This document shows, piece after piece, positions 50,301 through 62,033 of a DNA stretch of 64,000 nucleotides. A model generated the notes under the pieces. It searched no databases. It was not told where the DNA came from and saw only the letters and a list, made by a program, of their open reading frames with translations. The DNA comes from Paraspadella gotoi (Eukaryota; Animalia; Chaetognatha): the NCBI GenBank assembly GCA_051294375.1, contig JBJCIZ010000239.1, positions 5,723,074-5,787,073 on the forward strand. Reading direction: 5' to 3'. Every line of letters starts with the position of its first letter. The stretch's first letter is position 1. The translations under genes and the position numbers were made by a program.

Positions 50301-53300
50301 CCCTGAGGCCAAAATTTAGAGAAATTATATTAAAAAAAATCTTACTTTATACTAGTAGCTGAGCATATTATATTGTATAAATAATATAGATATACCTCAA
50401 ATTACTGCAGCATACTGCAGCTTTAATTTTCTTTTAAGAAATAAAATTATAAAGTACTAACTGATTTATATTGTGTGCTATACAGTTTTGGCTTATGCTA
50501 ATAATTTGATTTTTTGGTTGAGAATTCCTTTTAAGGTATTTTAATAGCGCACAAGGTACAAATTTTTTATCTCATTAACTACAAAAGTTAGATGAAAGTT
50601 ATCATTACAACTTTTTGACATTTTAATAATTTATCTATGATAATTAACAAAAACTATAAAATTTAATGAATGATGATGATGATGATTTTTTAAGGGTTTT
50701 TCAAATTTTAGCCCATTTATCATTACATTTTTTTAAATTTGTAGTAATAACCTTTATCTAACTTTTTAATCTTTATCAGAATTCATTTAAAAAAATTTAA
50801 ATTTCCTAAAAAATTTTTTAAGCATTTCTTATATATTGTTAAATATTAATATGCTTCCATGAGGAAAATTAATTTAATCAAAATTTAACATCATAAGTCA
50901 ATTTGGTTGTAAAAAGACAAAATACTTTTATCGCAGACTTTTTCATATTGTAAAAAAATGTTAAATTCTGGCCCGCCTTACTACTTACCCACTCCAATAA
51001 TCGTCGTCGAAATCACTGTATGTGAAGAAATCTCCGCCAAATATCTTCAGCTGAGAAACCTCCCCCAAGTCCTCGTCAGCCATTTGAAAGTATTCCGACA
51101 GTGTCCCGAACTTAGCCGTCGCGCCCATTTCCTCAGAGCGGGCATTGATATAATTGAAGATCTTGTTCCAGTTTTCAAACTGCCGATCAAACTGAGATGA
51201 TTGAATGAAGCGAAAATCATCGCCAAATATCACCAGCACAACATTGTGCTTAAACCACAGCGACTTTTTTCTAAGTTGATCAAGCAGCTTGATTGCCTGA
51301 TCATGAATGTTTACAGGCCCAATGGTTGGTGCTGAATTTGGTCTCCAAAAATCATATTCTACGCAAATCCAATAGTAAGGGCCGCAAGAATGTTTGATGG
51401 TGTAGGTATAGAGAGGGTTCAATGAAACCCGAAGATCGTCAATGCCCTCAACATCCCACTCTTGGCGCCAAACAAACTCAGCGTCTGCATTTTTATCCAA
51501 AAACTCTTTTATCTTGTAGTGGATTCGATTTATGAAGGAACGCTTGAGACCAGCTAATGATCTAATCCTAGCCGCTGTCGCTGAATGACCAAAAGGGTCA
51601 ATGTTAAAGCTCGTCTTTGGCGCAAATCCCAATTTTTGTCTGAGAAAAAGATGGCCTTCCAGCATCTGGTCAATGAGCGAGTAGACTGTGGGGTTAGCTT
51701 CGTCCGGCATTACCCAACCTCCACCAACGATCTCAAATCGGCCCTCCTTTATTGGCATGATTTTTTTTAAAAGCGCCCCCCTGTTTGTTCCATAATCTTT
51801 AAATCTATATTTAATCCTAATATCTAACCCTAATATTTAACTACCCCGTGTCCGTTCGAGAGTGACACCAAAAAAATCTTTACTATACTTTAAATATTTA
51901 GTAAACATAATTCATAAGTATATCATTAGTTGCAGAACTACTTGAAGTTTGTTATGTATAAGTTTCATTTCGTTTTTAATTTACTATTCTTTGTTTAATT
52001 TTTTATCTAACACAGTAAAATTAGCAAAAAAAGACAATTTTAGGCGTGTTCTTGATTGAATTTTAAAAATATTTTATATCATAAGAAATCCCTATTAATG
52101 GTCTAATCAATGAATTATCGTAATGTTGAGTAATTTTTCAGTAATGATTTTTCATTGATTTTTTTAATTGTTAATCTTAAGTTTTCTTTATACAATTCGT
52201 CCAATTAGAAAAAAATGCTATCCTGACCATGTTCTTGACTGTTTTGAATAATTATTTTATATTGTAAGGATTCCCAGATAATTATTAATTTAATGGCGTA
52301 AATGAATTTTAATAATTTTAAGTATTTAATGAATAATAAATTTATAATGATTTTCTTTTTTTAAAAGATTCAGTTCTTTACTGAAGATGAAATTGGATGA
52401 CCATATTTAAGGAAATATCAAATTAATCTTATGAAATTAAAATATAATAAACGTCAAGTACTTTGCTACAGAATGAAGAAAAAAAATTTAAAAAATATTT
52501 ATCCAATGAGAAATGGTACGCATTTTTTTGGTGTCACTCGCGAACCCTACCCTGAATCCCTCAACCTGTACAGTAGGGTGGATTGATGAAAAGATTGAGT
52601 GATTGAACATTATTTTTTTGCTGCCTATGGACATGTAAATAATAAATTTTAAATCATTTTAAAAACAATTTTAACATAACATATAGTAAATTCAATTATT
52701 TATGTAGTAATATCCTTATAAAATCGTTAAATTTTAAAATTTTTATTTTTATTTTTAAGAACAGATTTGGATTCGCCGTAAAAAACTAAGAAACTTTTAT
52801 AAAATATGTCATATGATATTTTAATGTTTGGATCACAAAAAATGACTAAAACATTTTAACATATATAAGTTTCTACAACAAAGAATAAAAAAGTCATAAA
52901 TTTTAACCTTTTTTCCGGTTTTAAACGCTGATGATGACAGAATTTTTGATAAGATGTTTTATATTTTTGATTCAACTTTTCATAAAGAATCTGAATCTTT
53001 ATAAAAAGTTTTTAAAAATTTTTTTTAAAAATTTATTATTTTATAAGAATATTACTACAAATTTATTATATTTTACTATTCTGTTCCCGAGACAATATGA
53101 ATAAAATATTTTTTGTACTAGTTAATCATAATATCTCACATCTAAATATCCTTGTTCGATCATTCAAATAAATTTTTTTGTTCTTGAGTGTTCCACTCTA
53201 CTATACAGAACCCTAATCCCTAATATAGTCCCCAGCAAATTCCTAACTTTAAACCCTATCCATAATTTTTAACCTTATCGCCTAACTTAACTTTAGACAT

Positions 53301-53873
53301 AACAAGTTTGAGCAAACAATGTTGGATCTGCCTACGATAATTAGGCGGTAATAAGCTAATCCGATGATAAATCACGGTAATATTTTCTGACTTTCATAAC
53401 AAATTGTAACATAACAAATTATAACAGACTTCTTAATAAATCTATAAATCAATTGACCTATCAATCATTACCATTAGCTGCGCCAATACCAACTTGCATA
53501 ATTTAGTCAAATTGCATAATTTGGTAATTTTGCATAATTTTGTCAATTTGCATAATTTGGTCAGATTGAATAATTGCATAATTTAATTAAGTTGCATTAT
53601 TTGGTAAACTGGTATAATTTGGTAAACTGGCATAATTTGGTCAACTGGCATAATTTGGTCAACTGACATAATTTGGTCAACTGGCATAATTTGGTCAACT
53701 GGCATAATTTGCTCAACTGGTATAATTTGGTCAACTGGCATAATTTGCTCAACTGGCAAAATTTTGTCAACCGGCATAATTTGCTCAGCTGGCATAATTT
53801 GCTCAACTGGCATAATTTGGTCAACTTGCAGAATTTGGTCATTTGAATAATTTTGTCAACTTCCATAATTTGG

Positions 53874-53906
<33 letters not shown>

Positions 53907-56900
53907 CAGAGAGAGATAGAGAGAGGGAAACTTTTAAAAATTAAAATAAATGTGTCTTTTAGTTTTCTAATTTAAACTCTTTTCCACTTTCATTTCCTTT
54001 TATCTATCAAATTTTTAATGAATTTAATAATTATGAGTAAATATAAGTAAAAATACTTCAAGTAAATATAACTTTTGTTTTTTTCATTTAAACTCGCGCG
54101 ATTTCTTCGAAACTTTATATCCACCTCAATCATACACTTTCCTACCCACACAGAAAATTTCATTCCAATCCAATCCAATCACGAGTAATTAAAGTTTAAT
54201 GAAAAGTTGGGACGGACCGACAGACAATGTTCTGATATGATAAAAATTATTTACCGACAAGATTTTGGGGTGGGACCGACGGACCGACAAAGTGAATTAT
54301 ACAGTAAGGCGTAGTAAAATTTCTAAATTTAACTTTAATTAAAATTTTAAAAGTGAGGAACGAACAACATTATACTAATGAACATTTATGTATAAAAAAA
54401 ATTTTAATAAATTTTACAATTTACGCAGTAGGCTATATTTATACTAGTACTAATGCAATAAATGTTAAAATTTTAAAACAGTTTTTTCTCAGATTTTTTT
54501 GCAGATTTGTATTCGTCATAAAAAGTTGATAAAAAGAAATATAACTCTTTCTGAAAAATTGGAAAAACCTATATTTTAAGCTGAAAATTCAAATTTTATA
54601 TATTAATATTTAATTTTTAACCAACTTAATGAAAGAATTTTTAAAAATGATTTATATTTTCTTTTCTCAACTTTTGACGAGGAATTCAAATCTGCAATCA
54701 AAATTAAGAAAAGCCTATTTTGAAATTTTTCGAATATATAAAAATACTATTCTAAGTTTTGATTCACTATCCTGTAGAGTCGAGATCTGCTGATAAGCAG
54801 ATCCGACTAAAAACTAAATCAACCTAAAATTTAGGCTGAAATGGGGCGCTTTCGGAAAATATGATCCCTTGATTAAAGTTTTCATCATGTCGCGCATCGT
54901 CGTGTTTGCAATATCCCACCACCAGGAAAGGTAAATCGACTCGGCCCAGATGAAAGTCAATTTTTTATATTGATGGAGTTTGACAACCGCGTTGGTGATG
55001 ACGTGAAACGAGTCCTCGAAAGCAGGGGGCGTGTAAAGAAATGGCGACTCCTTCCCTCCCCACCACAAATGATTTGGTGGGCTGCCTTTAAAAGGCAAAG
55101 TGATATCAAGACCCCTCTATTAGCAAAGAAAATTGCTATAGAATAGATCAAGTAATTATAGACTTAAAATTAACATTATTTGAGTCGGTATTTTGCTTTC
55201 CCATGGAATCGCGATTTTAAAATTATCAAATAATTTTTTTTTTTATGTAGACTGATAAAAATTATCTCTCTCTTAACGGCCTCTTCTTTTTGGTTTTTCT
55301 TTGTTTGCGCTATACATTGGAACCATGAAAACAAAAAAAGTTGACCGGAATATGACTCACAAGAGCGATCAAATGATAACTAAAAAATTATAGGAACTTT
55401 TCAGATAAAATCGATTTTAATCATATATTTTAGATAATTATAGTATAAATTTTTAAATAGTATAATAGTTTTTATCATTATTAATATTTATTTCAATAAT
55501 ATTATTAATAATAACATTATTATTATACTGATTGAATTTAATTAAACTTGCTTATTAACCTATTTATTCGTAAATTTTTTTGTTATTTGGCTTAACCTTA
55601 ACCCTATCTCATATTAAATGTGGCCAGTCAGTTTAGCCTTTTTAACTTAAAAAAGTTTTATTAAACAAACTTTTATAATATTTAATATAAGAGGCTAATA
55701 AGTAATAATTCATTCCAATCCATCCATCCAATCACGAGTAATTGGAGTTTTTTTTTCTAAAGTGGGACGGATGGACGAACGGACGGACAGACAGACGGAC
55801 GGACATCGTTCTTTTGTATAATTTATCATAATTCGATGTTCTGACATGATTTAAGTGAATGCCCAACAAGATTGAGGGGGCGGACCGATGGACCGACAAA
55901 GTGAATTATAAGCAGATCCGACTAAAATATTGCTTATATTGAACGGTTCTGTCACTAACACATAACAATAATTACTGTCTCTTCATTGGTGAGCCCGACT
56001 TCCGAACAGAACAGCAACAACAACACTTTCAGGCGACATGCCTCAACCTGGCGATGCACTTTCCGCCAACAACAATTCACAGAAGAGACGCAACAGACTT
56101 CTTCCTACAGGAGGGGGGGATGTATGGAGGACTAAAATCCACCAACCGTTCATCAGCGGCCATTGGTGCCGGAGCCAAGTCATTCGCCTCCCAACCCAAA
56201 GGTCCGGGGTTCTAGCCCAGTGGTTGCCTAGCAGTTAAGAGGGACGGGGCGCTTAACCCGTCTGTAACACGTTACAGCCTGATCCGAAGCTCAGGGACTG
56301 CTTATATTGAACGGTTTTGTCACTAACACATAACAATAATTACTGTCCAATGTACTGTCCAATGTATAGAGCAAACAAAAAAAAAATTAGAAGAGGTTGT
56401 TAAGAGAGAACTAATGTGGTTATTGATTTTTGGTAGATCTATTGATTATCGCAGGATAACAGTATGAAATTGGTACAACCAAAATAAAAATTATCTATTC
56501 ATTTAATAAATAAGCTATCTTGTCCCTGACTTTGGACAGGCTTTGGTAGTTTAAGGCCTCCATCACTCTTACAAGATAATGACTTGGCAGGTCCTTGCAA
56601 GCTTTCAATCAAGACTCTCTCACAGTCTCGTTTATTCACTCCCAAAGTACCTGGCTTCCCTATCAATGAAGTGGTATAATATTTCAAAGAATGTTTCAAT
56701 TGTATGAAAAGACCACTCTCTCAAGTATTAGATCGGGGAATACTTATTGTACTCCGCACTAGCATCAAAATACAAGGAGCTGAATTTTATGATATTGGTA
56801 CAACCATTATAAAAAATATCCATTTATTTAATAAATAAGCTATCTTGCCCTTGATTTTGGGCAGGCTTTGGTGGTTTAAGGCCTCCATCACTCTTACAAG

Positions 56901-57475
56901 ATGAGATTTTTTTGTGGAGGTTCTCAACCCCTCTACACGCCCTGCGTCAGACCCTCTACACGCCCCTGCCTCGAAAAAGTGTTCCGCGGCCGTCTTGTGC
57001 CATCCCGGGTCCGTGTGTGAAAAAGGCACGAGAACGATACGCAACGGGTCATCCCGCCGTCGCGAATCGCTGTAGTTCATGTCAACTTTGTCCCAGTCTT
57101 TATCTCCGCCCCCGCGTCCAGGCATTCGAAGTGACTCGTAAAGTCGAAGGCTTGAAATGTCGACGGAGGCTTTGCGTAGATCGTTGGAGCATTTCATCGA
57201 TTCCTCCTAGACCATTGAGGAAATTTATTTGAAGCAAATAGACCGGGCATTGTAAACTACTCTTTACTGTATATGCTAAATTGAGGTCCCCTTTAGGCTT
57301 TACTCTTAGTTACCCGTTTGGCGACCTTGGTTAAACTGGAATATCCGTCATTGGCCAGAGGAAAATTCCATAAGCAATACCAGTAGACTAGGAGGAACAG
57401 TAGGAAGGTGAGAAGCACCCAGCGATAGTAAATCTTGATTCGGAGGAGCATTAAAACGAATCTTGAGCGAATCAT
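41515..57475 (-). CDS. MAN2A: Golgi alpha-mannosidase II (GH38, MAN2A-like); exons 57475-57314, 57206-56970, 55014-54868, 51746-50989, 49353-49224, 48714-47936, 46586-46317, 45576-45453, 44962-44615, 44021-43861, 41761-~41515
   Basis: N-terminal type II anchor. Motifs VPFSHTDPGW, FIWAE, EIVGGGWVMPDEA, IDPFGHS, RIHY, GDDFR, YWSGYFTSR, LFQHHDDVTGT, GAYLF, QANFYPM, DRRLHNDDSRGMGEGV. The last exon has apparent indels. The symbol is family-level. Confidence 0.92.
42742..42988. mobile_element. Family-B solo-LTR-like element, intact, TSD GATC
   Basis: GATC|TGTGGATAAGG...CCCGACTACA|GATC, 247 bp. The reverse strand carries GGTTCAATCCC and GGTTCCAAGCCC T-arm-like hairpins. Confidence 0.88.
44280..44580. 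repeat. Minisatellite, ~27-bp unit
   Basis: TTTACTGATTCGATTTGATCAGATTTA repeated. Confidence 0.9.
45010..45396 (+). mobile_element. DINE-1/HINE-like Helentron-associated repeat
   Basis: GGAC/AGAC microsatellite, core TTTATCATAATTCG...GACAAAGTGAATTATAG, and 3' hairpin AGTCGGAATCTGC-TGATAA-GCAGATCCGACT plus an A run. Further copies at ~42240-42570, 43270-43410, 46615-46970, 54030-54300, 55710-55925 and 60590-60950. Confidence 0.65.
46588..47932 (-). mobile_element. TG...TA element (TGTAAGAG/CTCTTATA), TSD GGTT, coextensive with intron 46587-47935
   Basis: Minus strand: ATA G GGTT TGTAAGAG ... CTCTTATA GGTT TTTG TGG. Confidence 0.75.
48716..49220 (-). mobile_element. Family-B-related LTR-like element filling intron 48715-49223, with family A nested at 48960-49216 (TSD CATG)
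   Basis: Ends CCCGACCACA|GGTC on the minus strand. Shares GGAAGCGTGAGGACA and CAAGCCTGGTTCCAAGCCCAGGA with 42742-42988. Confidence 0.82.
51843..52554. mobile_element. Nested MITE
   Basis: GTTCGAGAGTGACACCAAAAAAAT ... ATTTTTTTGGTGTCACTCGCGAAC inverted repeats around an AT-rich interior. Confidence 0.7.
52569..53205. mobile_element. Nested Tc1/mariner-like MITE
   Basis: TA-CAGTAGGGTGGA ... TCCACTCTACTA-TA. Confidence 0.5.
53490..53878. repeat. Minisatellite, 18-bp unit
   Basis: CATAATTTGGTCAACTGG, about 20 copies. Confidence 0.92.
55022..56969. mobile_element. TIR element (GCAGGGG(G)CGTGTA.AG) with perfect 7-bp TSD TTTCGAG, coextensive with intron 55015-56969
   Basis: Minus strand: TTTCGAG|GCAGGGGCGTGTAGAG ... 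CTTTACACGCCCCCTGC TTTCGAG|GAC. Confidence 0.85.
56123..56347 (-). mobile_element. Family-C element (tRNA-like cassette on + strand, ~56156-56227); partial second copy at 55931-55986
   Basis: Reverse complement of 25034-25267. Confidence 0.85.
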
Positions 57476-59770
57476 CGCAACGGAGACGAATAGTTTATTT
57501 GGTAGCGGAAGTGGTTAAGTTTATAAAAAGGAAATCGATTGTTTTAAAGATTTAAAAAAAAACTTTACAGGAGTTTTCTACGTCCATTTTATTCGAGAGA
57601 GATATTGATATTGAAAAACGAAAGTGCAAGCTTTGGGCTAGGACTTAAAAATGCCCTAAAAAGCTACCTTATCTTATCATTTGTAATTATTGACGGTTTT
57701 CTTGAGTTTTAATAATTGGTACTGAACAACTGAACGATTCTAATTTTCTAGTGGACAATAGGCATGGGCTCTTTCTAACTTACAATTTAAGCAGACTTTT
57801 TTGTTGGAAATCCGATGCCACCCCAACAAGCGTTCTATAAAAACTATTAATCGCAATGTTTTTTTAAGATACTATCAAATAATGAGTTAGTTTTTATAAT
57901 TTGTTTTTTTCTTTGTACCGATATATTTTGTATGTATTCGGTAAGTGGGATCATGCCGGCAGCATCCAAGGCAATATTTTAATCTATATGAATTATTGAA
58001 TATCTATCGAGTAGGAAACTTATGAAAGACTTTAATTGCTCGTAATTGTAATTTATAAAATTTTCCCAGTGATAAGAACCAGCAGATAAAAAACATGGTG
58101 ATGAATACAAAACCAATGAAACAACAAGTGATGAAAATAGTTGATGAACTAATTTAAAATTATATCCTGTAATATAAAGAGAAATTATATTAATTGCTAA
58201 TATTTTCGACTTTGCTTTAAAAAATAAGTCATTGATATGGGTTGTCCATGTAAGTTTCTGGTCAATTGTACATTAAAGCGTAGCAAAAATATTAAAATCA
58301 AGTAGAATCAAAATCAAAATCAAAATCTTTTTTTTAAATAAAAAAAATAATTTTTTGTCATTTTTCGCTTACGCCCATATTTATACATGAAATTGGTACA
58401 ACCAATATATAAATTATCCATTCATTTAATAAATAAGCTATTTTGTCCGTGACTTTGGACAGACAGGCTTTGGTGGTTTAAGGCCTCCATCACTTTTACA
58501 TAACATTACTCTTAATGATTGAATTTTTTAGGTTTCTTTACTGCCCCCATTACTCAAGGCATAAAAGGTCATTATTATCATGTCACTACGTACAGATTAT
58601 CTCTACCCTTTATGCCACCTGCATTCTGAATTTTCTTTGTTTCCCTTTCAAATGTATTAAATAAAAAAAAATATTTGAGAGAACGATCAGCATGTTTTAT
58701 TCGACAGTTTATGAAATACAGCTAGCAGTGTAAATAATTTCATTTAACCAGTGAAATTTTTTTTTATTAAAAAAAAACCAAAATTTTAATTTTAATGTTT
58801 TTCATCGGAAAAAAACTTATGTGCAGTTAAATGACTTGAAAGATTTTCGCGTCATGTATTCCAAAAGCCATCAGTTTGAGTTTATACTTTATCGTACAAA
58901 ATTTTAGCTTTGTTAAAATTATTGGGCGGCCTCCTGTTGACAGACGTTTCGAAGTGTCAATACTGTGAGGTAGTTACTTAATTGGAAGAGAACAACATGC
59001 ATTCTCTCTTTCCCTCTCTCTCTCTCTCTCTCCCTCCCTTTTCTTAGTTTCTATAATCTCCTTTTTTGGTTACGTTTCTCTTCACTAACAATAAAAAACA
59101 TATTTTTTAGAATTTCAATCAGGAAGTGAATTTCTTTTCCGTTTATATTATTATGTTTATAACATCAGACAGCGGCTCCTTCTCGGTTATCTTTATTACT
59201 TTCTCGTTTGCGGAGAAAAAAATAAAATTTTGAGTAAATATAGGAGAGAAAAAAAGAGAGAAAAAGAATATGATATCAAGGTTAACATAGTTTTGTAGCA
59301 TAAAACAAAACTTTGTCGAATATTTATAGACCTTTAAAATACCTGGTATTCACTAAAATCTGTAACTATATAAAAAAAAGAAAGAATAAAAAGAAAAGAA
59401 AAAAAAGAAAGAAAATTTGGCCCAAAAAAAATCAAGGAAAAAGCACGTTCTCCGCAGAGGAATAAGGAGGAGTAAAAACTATTGCAATTCCATTGGGAGA
59501 AGGAAGAGGAAGAAGATAAAGAATCTAGAATGAAAAAAAAAAAAAGAGGCAACTAATTTGGGCGAAAGGGAGAAAGGGGGAGAGAGATGGAGAAATAGAG
59601 AGTGTACGAGGGAAAAGAGGAAAATTTAAGAAGAAAGACAATGAGAAGAGAGGAAAAAAAACATTAAGGGGAGAGCAGAGAGAGAGAGAAAAGAGAAAGA
59701 CAGACAGACAGACAATCAGAGAGAGAGAGAGAGGGGGAGGAAGGAGAAAGAAAGAGAGAGAGAGAAAAAG

Positions 59771-59819
<49 letters not shown>

Positions 59820-60045
59820 GTAGAAAGAGAAAGAGATAGAGAGAGAGAGAAGGAGAAAGATAGATAGAAAAAGTGAAAGAGACAGAGAGAAGGTTGGGGA
59901 GATGGAGAAAGATAGAAAAAGAAAAATAAAGAGAGAGAGTAGAGAGGGAAAGTGAGTGAGAGAGATAAACATTGAATTCATTTTCTCCCTGAAATAAGAT
60001 CTTAAAGGAAGGCGAATCTCCCTTCTGTGAAGGATCAACGAGAGA

Positions 60046-60099
<54 letters not shown>

Positions 60100-60171
60100 C
60101 TCAAAGATGTGAGAGAGAAATCTCCATCGGCGGAAATCGAGGTCGAGGAAAAGAAAATTTCGCGCGTGCGT

Positions 60172-60572
60172 GGTTGTGGATATCTTTGTGGACATCGTTG
60201 TGAACATCGTTGTGGATATCTTTGTGGACATCGTTGTAGATATCTTTGTGGACATTATTGTGAACATCGTTGTGGATATCTTTGTGGACATCGTTGTGAA
60301 TATTTTTGTGGATATCGGTATGTTGACTATCTTTGTGGACATCTTTGTGGACATCGTTGTGGATATCTTTTGGAGGACATCGTTGTGGATATCTTTGTGG
60401 ACATCTTTGTGGACATCGTTGTGGATATCTTTGAGGACATCGTTGTGGATATCTTTGTGACATCATTGTGGACATCGTATGTGGATATCTTTTTTTTTTT
60501 TTTTTTTTTTTTTCTAAGACATCGTTGTGGATATCTTTGTGGACATCTTTGTGGACATTGTTGTGGATATCT
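60172..60572. repeat. Minisatellite, 12-bp units (GTGGATATCTTT / GTGGACATCGTT)
   Basis: Direct tandem array. Confidence 0.92.
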
Positions 60573-61386
60573 TTTTTTTATTGCTTAAAATTGCAGATTC
60601 CGACTCTATAATTCACTTGGTCGGTCCGTCGGTCCCACCCCAAAATCTTGTCGGTCAATAATTTATATCATATCAAAAGGATCATTATGATAAATTATGC
60701 AAAAAAAAAATGATGTCCGTCTGTCCATTCGTCCGTCCGTCTTTCTGTAGGTCCGTCCGTCCCCCCCTTATCAAAAAACTCCAATTACTCGTGATTGGAT
60801 CGGGAGAAACGTGTGTGATTGAGCTGGATATAAAGTTTCGAATAGTTTATCATAATTCGATGTTCTGTCAATGATTTAAGTCAATGACCGACAACATTGT
60901 TGGGGGCGAACCGACGGACCGACAAAGTGCTGATAAGCGGATCTGACAAATAATATTCCTTAACTTCCAAGAACGACGGAGACTCCTCGCTCTCCCGCGG
61001 GACTTTTGCTATAAAAAGTGAAAGTTTTCTCGAAATATGTCTTCTCTTATAAAATGGTCTTTTTTTCTGTAATCGGGTATTGTCAAACTAACTAATGCTT
61101 GAGCAAAAAAATGTCAATACCCTGAGTAAATACAAGGTGAATATTATTAGAAACCAGCGGTTTTATAACATTAAATTTGTCATTTTTTTTTCATTCAACT
61201 TGTGATTTTTCTATTTGTAATTCAAACACAACGAAAGAAACTGATTCTCCTCCTCCTCCTCCTCTTCCTCCTTCCTATCCTCTTTGGTCTTTATTTTCTC
61301 CTTATCTATCCCCTTCTTCTATCCCCTTCTTCTATCAAAACAAATCTTTTCCCCTTGGCCTCTATCTTTAAGAGATATTCTTCCTC

Positions 61387-62020
61387 TTAGTCCTTCCATT
61401 CTTCCTCCTTCTCCCTAATCTGCTTCAACTCCTCCTTCTCCTCTTCATTCTTCCCTTCCTCCTTCTCTTCATTCTTAACTTCCTCCTTCTCTTCATTCTT
61501 CCCCTCCTCTTTCTCTTCACTCTTCCCTTCCTCCTCCTCTTCATTCTTAACTTCCTCCTCCTCATCCTCCTCCTTCTTTACGTCTTTCTCTTCATTCTTC
61601 CATTCCTTCTTCTCTTCATTCTTCCCTTCATCCTTCTCCTCTTCATACTTAACTTCCTCCTGCTCATCATCCTTCTCCTTCTTCACGTCTTTCTCCTCTT
61701 CATTCTTCCCTTCCTCCTTCTCTTCATTCTTCCCTTCCTCCATCTCTTCAATCTTCCCTTCCTCTTTCTCTTCACTCTTCCCTTCCTCGTTCTCCTCTTC
61801 ATTCTTCCCTTCCTCCTCCTCATCCTCCTTCTTCTTCTTCACGTCTCTTTCCTCTTCATTCTTAACTTCCTCCTTCTCCTCTTCATTCTTAACTTCCTCC
61901 TTCTCCTCTGCCTTCTTAACTTCCTCATTCTACTCCTTTTCCTTCTCCACTTCCTCCTCCTATCGCTTCTTCTTATCATTCTTCTCCTATTCATTCTTCC
62001 CTTCCTCCTTCTCCTTCCTC
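61387..62020. repeat. Pyrimidine-rich degenerate 24/27-bp tandem repeat
   Basis: TTCATTCTTCCCTTCCTCCTTCTC units, giving a likely spurious E/K ORF. Confidence 0.75.
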
Positions 62021-62033
62021 TTTTTATTTTTTT

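Larger units (their letters stand above)
51754..54867. mobile_element. GG...CC TIR element with 7-bp TSD (AATCAAG/AATAAAG), coextensive with intron 51747-54867; contains nested MITEs
   Basis: GGCATGATTTTTTTTAAAAGCGCCCC versus GGATCATATTTTCCGAAAGCGCCCC (reverse complement of the other end). Confidence 0.7.

Noticed and set aside
56156-56227. Functional tRNA gene
   Set aside because: The anticodon stem does not pair, the T-loop is non-canonical, and the sequence is embedded in a dispersed repeat.
61387-61842. E/K-rich 151-aa ORF and the many SLSL/ERER/FIYL ORFs in the track
   Set aside because: They are translations of microsatellites, minisatellites or N gaps, with no splice or codon support.
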